This document shows, in pieces, positions 51,545-60,462 of a stretch of 64,000 bases of DNA; position 1 is the stretch's first letter, and every line of letters begins with the position of its first letter. The translations under genes and the position numbers were made by a program. The DNA is from Eledone cirrhosa. Its lineage: Eukaryota. The notes under the pieces are model-generated. The model did not search any database, had not been told where the DNA came from, and saw only the letters and a list, made by a program, of their open reading frames with translations. The DNA is taken from contig OZ024740.1 of the NCBI GenBank assembly GCA_964016885.1, positions 11,346,001 through 11,410,000 on the forward strand. Direction: 5' to 3'.

Positions 51545-53047
51545 ATACTTTGGGAGGGTCATGTTGCCAATAAGAAACACACGCACCAGTTGCTTTCACT
51601 TCAATTTATTATAATAAATTTATAAATTTAGGAATTTATAAATTTCCTGTTGGTTGGTTGGTTCCACAACCAGATGGTTGTTTATATATTGTCAAAGTTC
51701 TTTCGTCACACATTCTGTGACCTCTTCAGTGACTGGGGGTTCTTTTCTTTGTTTTTGTGCCTCTCCTTTGTTCTGTCCTACGCCATCTTGTTTTTGTGTG
51801 TGTGTGTTGTTTGCTTAGTTTGCGCATGTGTTACATCCGGGTGTCTGTGTGTGTTTATATTCGTTTATTTATTTGTTTATTTACTTGTTACTGGTTGGTT
51901 GTTTGTTCTATGTGCGTGTGTGTTTTCATTTTGTCCTTAATTGTAAGTTGTGATGTTGCTGTTCCACTCATGTTTTCTATTTAATTTTGGTTGTAATTCA
52001 TTTATGTTTATTGCCTCTGTGATTTGTCTAAACATTGCGTCTTTTCTGTGTGTAGATTCTATTTTTATTTCTATGTTCTCTAATTTACCCTTATGTTCTA
52101 TTTTAGCATGTTGGTAGAGTACAGATGATTCTTTACTATCTTGAAGGTCTCGCCAGTGTTCATTTATCCGTTCCCCTATACTACGAGCTGTCTCAACTAT
52201 GTACACTATATTTTTATCTCTACATTCTCCTTCAGTACATCTTATGCTATATACTACATTTCTAGTTTTACAGTTAATATGGGGGCTTAATTTACAGATT
52301 ATACATTTCTTATCTATACAGGGAGGTCTTTGAAAAGGGTGTCTTGCTAATAAGTGTTTTTATGGAGGTACCTGGTCTTTCTACTATCTTAATATTGAGT
52401 TTATGTTTATCTAGGGTCCTTCTAAATTTGTAAGCTAATTCACCTCTAGGGGTTGTATCGATGAACATTACACTCTGGTATTTATTGCTATCATACCATG
52501 AGTTTATTCTATTAGCCTTATTCCTAGTTCTTTCTATTCTATTCCAAAATGTGTTCCTATACAAGGAGCAGGTCCCATTTGTGTCATTATTTACCATTTT
52601 TTTCCCATTTGGTTCTGGCTCCTCTATACACTCTGATTTTATCTCTCTGATTGTAACCAGAGAACTGCATACGGTGGATGAAGTGTTGTATGTGTCTCTC
52701 TAGTTCTTCAGGGTTGCACATGCGGGACACGTTTCTCATCACCCGTACCAAATCCGCAATCAGTATGTTCATTTTGGTATGGTCCGAAACAGCTGAGTTT
52801 CGGTGGATCAGATAATTGGAAGTCATGGGTTTGGCATAATGGGAATGGATAATTTGTTTTTGGTTATTAATGGTATCTAACCAGAGCTCTGTGTCTAGTA
52901 CAGGTTATCGATGGTTGGGGTGTTTGCTTGGGTAGTCTATAGTAACTCTCATACTCTGGTGGATGGAGTTAACTATTTGCTGGATGCTTTCCATGAAGTG
53001 TTGTATGTGTCTCTCTAGTTCTTCAGGGTTGCACATGCGGGACACGT
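51541..53047 (-). mobile_element. Penelope-like retroelement, 5'-truncated inverted copy (RT C-terminal part, GIY-YIG, 3' UTR), frameshifted
   Basis: Minus-strand ORF pieces 52587-52826, 52310-52597 and 51937-52206 match the + copy protein. The 3' end abuts (TA)n at 51540. Confidence 0.93.
51691..51733 (-). ncRNA. Hammerhead of the PLE 3' UTR, inverted copy
   Basis: Reverse complement of 54803-54845. Confidence 0.72.
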
Positions 53048-53080
53048 AGATAATTATTACTATATGTATAGTAATATATA

Positions 53081-54613
53081 CTTAAACTTACCTATAGTAA
53101 TAATTATCTAGACACATATGACCTTAGCAACCTGTGCCCTACAAGACCAGCAAGAGGCAGACCACCTACCATTACCTCAATGGCCAAGGAAACCCACACA
53201 GATAGATGGAACGGGTAGACCAGAGCCATACGGACCCCCGAAAAGCACGATGAACTAAAGAAAATGATTGCACATGCGGTGGGGGCCAGCATAAAATTAA
53301 CGCTTAAGGAACATATGTTCAAATTTAATGGAAAAACATATGGCCAAGAGGAGGGAGCAGCCATTGGTGTTAGCATTGCAGGTGACATAGCTAACTTATT
53401 CATGGTATGGTGGGACAGTAGACTTAAACTTAAACTTAAAGAACAATTAGAAGACCCCTTAACCCTGATAATGTACTCCCGCTACGTTGATGATATAAAC
53501 ATCTTAGTTAAAACACCCCCACTAGAGAACAGTCAAGAATTAGAGAAAAACACAATGGAAAGCATCCAGCAAATAGCTAACTCCATCCACCAGAGTATTA
53601 GAGTTACTATAGACTACCCAAGCAAACACCCCAACCATCGATTACCTGTACTAGACACAGAGCTCTGGTTAGATACCATTAATAACCAAAAACAAATCCT
53701 CCATTCCCATTATGCCAAACCCATGACTTCCAAATATCTGATCCACCAAAACTCAGCTGTTTCGGACCATACCAAAATGAACATACTGATTGCGGATTTG
53801 GTACGGGTGATGAGAAACGTATCCCGCATGTGCAACCCTGAAGAACTAGAGAGACACATACAACACTTCATCCACCGTATGCAGTTCTCTGGTTACAATC
53901 AGAGAGATAAAATCAGAGTGTATAGAGGAGCCAGAACCAAATGGGAAAAAATGGTAAATAATGACACAAATGGGACCTACCCCTTGTATAGGAACACATT
54001 TTGGAATAGAATATAAAGAACTAGGAATAAGGCTAATAGAATAAACTCATGGTATGATAGCAATAAATACCAGAGTGTAATGTTCATCGATACAACCCCT
54101 AGAGGTGAATTAGCTTACAAATTTAGAAGGACCCTAGATAAACATAAACTCAATATTAAGATAGTAGAAAGACCAGGTACCTCCATAAAAACACTTATTA
54201 GCAAGACATACCCTTTTCAAAGACCTCCCTGTATAGATAAGAAATGTATAATCTGTAAATTAAGCCCCCATATTAACTGTAAAACTAGAAATGTAGTATA
54301 TAGCATAAGATGTACTGAAGGAGAATGTAGAGATAAAAATATAGTGTACATAGGTGAGACAGCTCGTAGTATAGGGGAACGGATAAATGAACACTGGCGA
54401 GACCTTCAAGATAGTAAAGAATCATCTGTACTCTACCAACATGCTAAAATAGAACATAAGGGTAAATTAGAGAACATAGAAATAAAAATAGAATCTACAC
54501 ACAGAAAAGACGCAATGTTTAGACAAATCACAGAGGCAATAAACATAAATGAATTACAACCAAAATTAAATAGAAAACATGAGTGGAACAGCAACATCAC
54601 AACTTACAATTAA
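53081..54613 (+). pseudogene. PLE reverse transcriptase plus GIY-YIG endonuclease, 5'-truncated, with in-frame stops at 53216 (TAG) and 54014 (TAA)
   Basis: Motifs FKFNGKTYGQEEGAAIG..ANLFM, YSRYVDD, LPVLD, HYAKP, the Cys-rich linker CIDKKCIICK..NCKT, and NVVYSIRC..C..YIGETAR..ERINEH..H..H..RQITEA. The inverted copy has GAA (Glu) where this copy has TAA. Confidence 0.93.
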
Positions 54614-54802
54614 GGACAAAATGAAAACACACACGCACGTAGAACAAACAACCAACCAGTAACATGTAAATAAACGAATATAAACACAAACAGACACCTG
54701 AATGTAACACATGCGCAAACTAAGCACACAACACACACACAAAAACAAGATGGCGTAGGACAGAACAAAGGAGAGGCACAAAAAACAAAGAAAAGAACCC
54801 CA

Positions 54803-54845
54803 GTCACTGAAGAGGTCACAGAATGTGTGACGAAAGAACTTTGAC
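54803..54845 (+). ncRNA. Minimal type I hammerhead in the PLE 3' UTR
   Basis: GUCA CUGAAGA G GUCACA GAAUG UGUGAC GAAA GAAC UU^ UGAC: 4-bp stem I, one extra G after A9, 6-bp stem II, very short non-palindromic stem III. Confidence 0.75.
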
Positions 54846-55051
54846 AATATATAAACAACCATCTGGTTGTGGAACCAACCAACCAACAGGAAATTTATAA
54901 ATTCCTAAATTTATGAATTTATTATAATAAATTGAAGTGAAAGCAACTGGTGCGTGTGTTTATTATTGGCAACATGACCCTCCCAAAGTATAACAATATC
55001 GGTTTCAACACACGTTTTCAGATAAAGAATCTTGCTAAACAAATTCAGAAA

Positions 55052-55094
<43 letters not shown>

Positions 55095-55348
55095 TGTAAT
55101 AAACAACATAAGGCAATTATTTCATTTACCAGTAAGCTCTGTAACATACATAGAGCACTCTTTTTTCCTGGACCTTTCCGACGGAATTACTTCATATATA
55201 TATATATATATTAGAAAGTGAGGTTTTTTTTACAAATTGAAAAATAACCGAGGTGTCCTACACGAGTGAAAGTATAAAGAAAAAGAGATGAAATCGAAAA
55301 TGCAACTGGAGTCTTATTTTTTTTTTAAATATATATATTTATTTGGTT

Positions 55349-55386
55349 CCTTTACCGGTTTTGCAGTTCTTCTGCTTTTCAAAAGG
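55349..55386 (-). ncRNA. Hammerhead family C, inactivated copy (GAAA to AAAA at a CpG)
   Basis: Reverse complement of 55478-55515 with tttcgc changed to ttttgc. Confidence 0.75.
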
Positions 55387-55477
55387 TGAGTTGACATGGA
55401 GAGTCTGTGGTTTTTCTCACATCTGGTGAGAAAAATGTGAGATGTGAGAAAAACCACAGACCCTCCATCTCAACTCA

Positions 55478-55515
55478 CCTTTTGAAAAGCAGAAGAACTG
55501 CGAAACCGGTAAAGG
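55478..55515 (+). ncRNA. 38-nt minimal type I hammerhead family C, U3-A8 variant
   Basis: CCUU UUGAAAA GCAG AAGAA CUGC GAAA CCGG UA^ AAGG: all three stems pair perfectly; palindromic stem III ACCGGU. Confidence 0.87.
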
Positions 55516-55583
55516 AACCAAATAAATATATATATTTTTTAAAAAAAATAAGACTCCAGACTCCAGTTGCATTTTCGATTTCA

Positions 55584-55649
<66 letters not shown>

Positions 55650-55771
55650 TTAGTTAAGCAAAATAGGACCACGAATTTCACAAGGAAGACATTAAAAGAT
55701 TGTCAAAATATTTTAGTTTGATGTAAGGAATGTAGAGAATAATAATAATAATATTAATAATAATAATGTCT

Positions 55772-55890
55772 GTTTACAATTGTTTCGCTACTCCATATAA
55801 TATTTCTGGATCAGATGACTATATATCATTATTTATCTGGTTCAGTTGAAAATAATTAACATATTTAAAAACAGAGCGGCTCATCGGAAC
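55772..55890 (-). ncRNA. Hammerhead-like motif family D (core CCGAUGA, ~95-nt stem II region)
   Basis: Minus strand GUU CCGAUGA GCcGCUCUG...UGGAGUaGC GAAA CAAUUG UA^ AAC; palindromic stem III ACAAUUGU; stem I only 3 bp. Confidence 0.62.
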
Positions 55891-56077
55891 TTCAAAGGAA
55901 TAAATTAAAATAAGGAGATACCCATAGGCAGATCTCACACAATGCAGCCTCGACAGATGAATACTGCTTGATTATGGCTGACAACTGATACAACCAGGTC
56001 ACCATAGTGAAATACCAATATATGGAACATTACATTATGTAACATTCTCTCCTTATTTTAATTTATATTCCTTTGAA

Positions 56078-56196
56078 GTTCCGATGAGCCGCTCTGTTTT
56101 TAAATATGTTAATTATTTTCAACTGAACCAGATCAATAATGATATATAGTCACCTGATCCAGAAATATTATATGGATTAGCGAAACAATTGTAAAT
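56078..56196 (+). ncRNA. Hammerhead-like motif family D, second arm
   Basis: gtt ccgatga gccgctctg...tggattagc gaaa caattg ta aat. Confidence 0.58.
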
Positions 56197-56499
56197 GGAC
56201 ATTATTATTATTAATATTATTATTATTATTCTCTACATTTCTTACATCAAACTAAAATATGTTGACAATCTTTTAATAATGTCTTCCTTGTGAAATTCGT
56301 GGTCTTGTTTTGCTTAACTAATGAATATTTCCAGCTCTGCGCGCCTAACTTCTGCATGAACCCAGCCACCTAGCTGCTTTCTACTGCATATTGCACATTG
56401 AGCACATGCCTTTACGCTTTGGCTTCTAACTAATTCACGAATCTCTCCTCTCTTATCTCCTTCTCTCCCTTTAAGATTGGTTACTCTTGAATTGTGTAT

Positions 56500-56755
56500 A
56501 TATATACAGTGTATTTTGCAATACACTGTATGCTTAATTAAAAGCATTTTGAAGACCTTACGCTATTGTTTTAGAGTAGTGACAGTCTCACTTACTTTAA
56601 ATTTTCAGCAAAAAGGGGGAGATAAAGCTTTATCTCCCCCTGTTTGCTGAAAATTTAAAGTAAGTGAGACTGTCACTACTCTAAAACAATAGCGTAAGGT
56701 CTTCAAAATGCTTTTAATTAAGTGTACAGTGTATTGCAAAATACACTATATATAC
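56500..56755. repeat. Spacer-less ~256-bp palindrome centred on AAAG|CTTT (56627/56628), element E
   Basis: Arms are reverse complements with few mismatches; each arm contains a further hairpin TACAGTGTATT-TTGC-AATACACTGTA. No convincing HHR seen. Confidence 0.9.
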
Positions 56756-56973
56756 ATTCCTATATATATCGCTATTTCAGAGCACCAATTCTAATATATA
56801 TATACACACATATATATATATATAATTATAAGTTTGAAGAACAGTCAGACAAAATATATCCAATTTTTCTTCTCCTTAGTAAAAATTAACTAGACAAATA
56901 ATCAATTAAACGGAGCTAAATCTAAAATGCAAGTTTGAAGAAAAATTGTATATCAACTTTACCAAAGTCCTTC

Positions 56974-57078
56974 TAGTCCTGACTATCGATAGTTTCACTC
57001 GTACTTTGTGGATATGTCCAATCCTGGTTATTATCCATGAGGTTTCGAGCTTCTAAAGAGACTCCCTCAAGAGGACTA
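56974..57078 (-). ncRNA. Degenerate hammerhead candidate (family F) in a ~350-bp fragment between (TA)n runs
   Basis: Minus strand GAAA CUAUCGAUAG UC^ AGGACUA with palindromic stem III and a 7-bp partner UAGUCCU upstream. The CUGANGA box is degenerate (CUUGAGG or UUUAGAA). Confidence 0.45.
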
Positions 57079-57212
57079 ACATTTCTACAGTGATCGCCGC
57101 CAGAAATAAATTCAAAATGGGTAAGAACTATCACGTGGTTAGCGGTCAGAGAAGGGTGGCAGGTATGTTTCCTGATATATATATATATACCCATTTTCTA
57201 CTAGCATTTCAA

Positions 57213-57274
57213 GGGGTCCGTCGAGCCGCAGATTACAGAGTCGAGTAAGATCGATACAGATTGAACCTTGAGTT
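57213..57274 (+). mobile_element. Fragment of a diverged relative of element H (5' half of its hammerhead)
   Basis: ggtccgtcgagccgcagattacagagtcgagtaagatcgatacagattgaaccttgag aligns with 58156-58213. Confidence 0.7.
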
Positions 57275-57293
57275 ATATATATATATATATATG

Positions 57294-57324
<31 letters not shown>

Positions 57325-57468
57325 ATGGAAGGAATTTGTAGTATACTTGAAGCATTGTATATGGTATAAAGAATTAAAAGTTTGAAAGCCACAACAATGC
57401 AGGTTTGGACGGGGATAATTAAATGGTAAGAAACTGGGGTTGTTTTTTTACCTTAATTTATTCATATG

Positions 57469-57506
57469 TCCTGATATTTCGAGATTAATATCTCTTCTTC
57501 CGAGGA
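57469..57506 (-). ncRNA. 38-nt minimal type I hammerhead family G (core CGGAAGA, extra A after A9) within a ~280-bp fragment (57327-57605)
   Basis: Minus strand UCCU CGGAAGA A GAGAU AUUA AUCUC GAAA UA UC^ AGGA; palindromic stem III AUAU. Confidence 0.72.
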
Positions 57507-57811
57507 AAATAAAGGAACTATTCCAGTGTCCGATGTGGCTTGTTATACACATATATAGTTGTAGGAACAAACGAAAGAGTAATCAAGATAATGTGGAAGT
57601 TGAGTATATATATATATCTAATATATAAATAATTAATAACAATATACCGTATTTGCCGGCCTATTGGACGCTCCCTCTTTTTTAAATTATATTTTACGTT
57701 ATATTTTGACGTTTATAGGCATTTTTATGGACCACATCAAATATTGGCAGTTTTTCACTCTCCGTGGGTTCTCTAGGAACATAACCCCCGCCAATACCGG
57801 GGGACTACTAT

Positions 57812-57886
<75 letters not shown>

Positions 57887-58007
57887 GTTGACGGGATTAG
57901 CATAAGGTTTCCCTGCTAGTACTGGGTTGCATCTCATATATATATATATATAATAAAATAAAATAAAAGAAGGACGAGTGGTTACTCCTTCATTACGTTT
58001 ATTAGTT

Positions 58008-58092
58008 GGTGACGCGCGTTTCGCCACCGATCAGCTCAAGGTTCGATCTGTATCGATCTTGCCCGACTCTGTAATCAATGGCTCTTCGAACC
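58008..58092 (-). ncRNA. Hammerhead family H (core YCGANGA, long stem II)
   Basis: Minus strand GGU UCGAAGA GCCAUUGAUU...GAUCGGUGGC GAAA CGCGCG UC^ ACC: 10-bp stem II base, palindromic stem III ACGCGCGU. Confidence 0.7.
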
Positions 58093-58155
58093 TCTTTGGT
58101 GGTAATGATAGAATTCTATCATTACCACCATGAAATCTATCATTACCACCAAAGA

Positions 58156-58240
58156 AGTCCGACGAGCCATTGATTACAAAGTCGGGCTAGATTGATACAG
58201 ATCGAACCTTGAGCTGATTGGTGGTGAAACGCGCATCACC
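58156..58240 (+). ncRNA. Hammerhead family H, second arm (core CCGACGA, CpG-decayed stems)
   Basis: agt ccgacga gccattgatt...gattggtggt gaaa cgcgca tc acc. Confidence 0.65.
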
Positions 58241-58394
58241 AACTAATAAACGTAATGACGGAGTAACCACTCGTCCTTCTTTTATTTTATTTTATTTTAT
58301 TATATATATATATGAGATGCAACCCAGTACTAGCAGGGAAACCTTATGCTAATCCCGTCAACTTCACACACATATATATATATATATATATATT

Positions 58395-59273
58395 TCGTTT
58401 CTGAATTTGTTTAGCAAGATTCTTTATCTGAAAACGTGTGTTGAAACCGATATTGTTATACTTTGGGAGGGTTATGTTGCCAATAAGAAACAAACGCACC
58501 AGTTGCTTTCATTCCAATTTATTATAAATTAAATTATAAATAAAAAAATTTTTTAAAAATGTATAATACAACCCCTAGAGGTGAACTAGCTTACAAATTT
58601 AGAAGGGCCCTAGATAAACTTAAACTAAATATTGAGATAGTGGAAAGACCAGGTACCTCCATAAAAACACTTATTAGTAATACATACCCTTTTCAAAGAC
58701 CTCCCTGTATAGATAAGAATATAATGTACATAGGTGAGACAGCTCGTATAGGAGAACGATTAAATGAACACTGGCGAAAGCTTCAAGATAGAAAAGACTC
58801 ATCAGTACTCCACCAACATGCTAAAATAGAACATAAGGGCAAATTAGAGAACATAGAAATAAAAATAGAATCTACACACAGAAAAGACGCAATGTTTAGA
58901 CAAATCACAGAGGCAATAAACATAAATGAACTCCAACCAAAATTAAATAGAAAACATGAATGGAATAGCAACATCACAACTTACAATTAAGGACAAAATG
59001 AAAACACACACGCACATAGAACAAACAACCAACCAGTAACATGTAAATAAACAAATAAAAACACAGAGACACCCGAATGTAACACATGCGCAAACTAAGC
59101 ACACAACACACACAAAAACAAGATGGCGTAGGACAGAACAAAGGAGTGGCACAAAACAAAGAAAAGAATCCCCGGTCACTGATGAGGTCACAGAATGTGT
59201 GACGAAAGAACCTTGACAATATATGAACAACCGTCCGGTTGTGGAACCAACCAGCCAACCGGAAATTTATAAA
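58395..59273. mobile_element. Third, more diverged PLE copy: 3' tail on - (58395-~58545) plus endonuclease and 3' UTR segment on + (58566-59273)
   Basis: ORF 58559-58990 matches 54080-54613 with a 32-codon deletion. 58395-58530 is the reverse complement of ~54915-55054. Confidence 0.92.
59175..59217 (+). ncRNA. PLE 3' UTR hammerhead, third copy (CUGAUGA core, U16.1 mutated to C)
   Basis: gtca ctgatga g gtcaca gaatg tgtgac gaaa gaac ct tgac. Confidence 0.68.
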
Positions 59274-59632
59274 AAATGTTATATATATATATATGTGTGT
59301 GAGTGTACAGATAAGTCGCTAGCAACATATACTTACAGACACACACACGCACTTTTTCCGCTTCGTATATATATGCGTATGTGTGCGCGCGCGCTTATTG
59401 TTTGTTTATGTTCCCTACTTCGCGGTTCGACAAATAGAGATCGATAAGACTTGATAAAATAACTGGTGGGTTCGATAAATATGCACACACACACACATAT
59501 TCATGAAGAGTGAGAGGTAGGGGGGACAAGCATGTTTTCAGTGTAGTACACGTATAGACACATAGTCACACACATGTACATAGACGTACACACACATATT
59601 CATTCATAAACACTGAGTTTTAGTGTTTATGA

Positions 59633-59735
59633 ATGAGTGTGTGCATGTGTATGAGTGTGTGCATGTGTATGAGTGTGTGCATGTGTATGAGTGTGTGCAT
59701 GTGTATGAGTGTGTGCATGTGTATGAGTGTGTGTG
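59633..59735. repeat. 18-bp tandem repeat (ATGAGTGTGTGCATGTGT) x ~5.5, preceded by a 14-bp-stem hairpin at 59601-59635
   Basis: Seen directly; it produces the ECVHVY repeat ORF. Confidence 0.9.
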
Positions 59736-60462
59736 TAAGAAACCGAGCCAGAGAGGGAGATTGTTTCGGTATTTATCAATGAGGATGCCTGTTTATAACC
59801 ACTCCCTCTGCCTTTTTATCTATCTATATATTCATCTATAGATATCTACCCTCTCATAGCTATGTGTACCCCTCTCTCTGTATCTATCTATTTATCCATC
59901 TATCTATGTAACTACCTATCCATCTATCTACATATCTATCTTCCTACCTATCTATATTCCCATACACACTGCGAGAGTGTCTATTTCACATATTCACACA
60001 AACATACACATTCACATACACACACCACATAACCACATACACGAACAAGTACAAACATATATGCATACGCACACGCAATCTGTCTCACATATTCATACAA
60101 ATACACACACCTACTATATTTCACACTCACACATAGATATCGATACACACTGACACAGTCATATACAGAGGTTTACTACAAACTATTATTGATTATATAT
60201 CATCAACCATGAAACAACTATCATCCCCACTGTTTATACATTTTCCGTTGTGATTTATAGTGGCGTGTGATATCAGATTATATATTTTCACTGATCTTTT
60301 TTCACTGAAAATTTATCTGCACATTTAGAGGTTACAGGTTAAATGTTAATATCTGACCGACTCTTTCTTTCTTCTTTCCCCACGCCGCCAAGTTGGGCCT
60401 TCAAAGATTGACGATGGCGACCGCCATAGCTTTCTGTTCTCAGTTTGTGTTGCTATTGCACG

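Larger units (their letters stand above)
53067..55054 (+). mobile_element. Penelope-like retroelement (C-terminal endonuclease type), 5'-truncated, with 3' UTR ending in (TA)n
   Basis: RT and GIY-YIG motifs, an HHR in the 3' UTR, an inverted partial copy upstream and a microsatellite target: the established PLE architecture. Confidence 0.94.
55211..55590. mobile_element. Non-coding HHR-bearing element C: inverted pair (arms ~55282-55423 and ~55440-55590), left arm extending further
   Basis: ~140-bp arms are near-perfect reverse complements. Flanked by (TA)n and (CT)n(TA)n. Confidence 0.82.
55646..56328. mobile_element. Non-coding HHR-bearing element D: inverted pair, arms 55646-55918 and 56048-56328, ~130-bp spacer
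   Basis: ~275-bp arms are reverse complements with scattered mismatches. The left end abuts (TA)n. Confidence 0.82.
57883..58366. mobile_element. Non-coding HHR-bearing element H: ~480-bp inverted pair with a fold-back junction
   Basis: Arms 57883-58113 and ~58136-58366 are reverse complements. Central perfect hairpin 58097-58130. Microsatellite flanks. Confidence 0.85.

Noticed and set aside
54014-54016. Stop-codon readthrough or selenocysteine recoding in the PLE ORF
   Set aside because: The stops are TAA and TAG, not TGA, and the inverted copy has GAA at this site, so this is simple decay.
55091-55195. ~105-bp fragment between TA runs with a GCTCT/AGAGC hairpin
   Set aside because: Probably another element end, but no HHR or homolog could be read within the window.
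57645-57672. TA-CCGTATTTGCCGGCCTATTGGACGC resembling a pogo/Tc2-like TIR
   Set aside because: No matching second TIR or transposase in the window.
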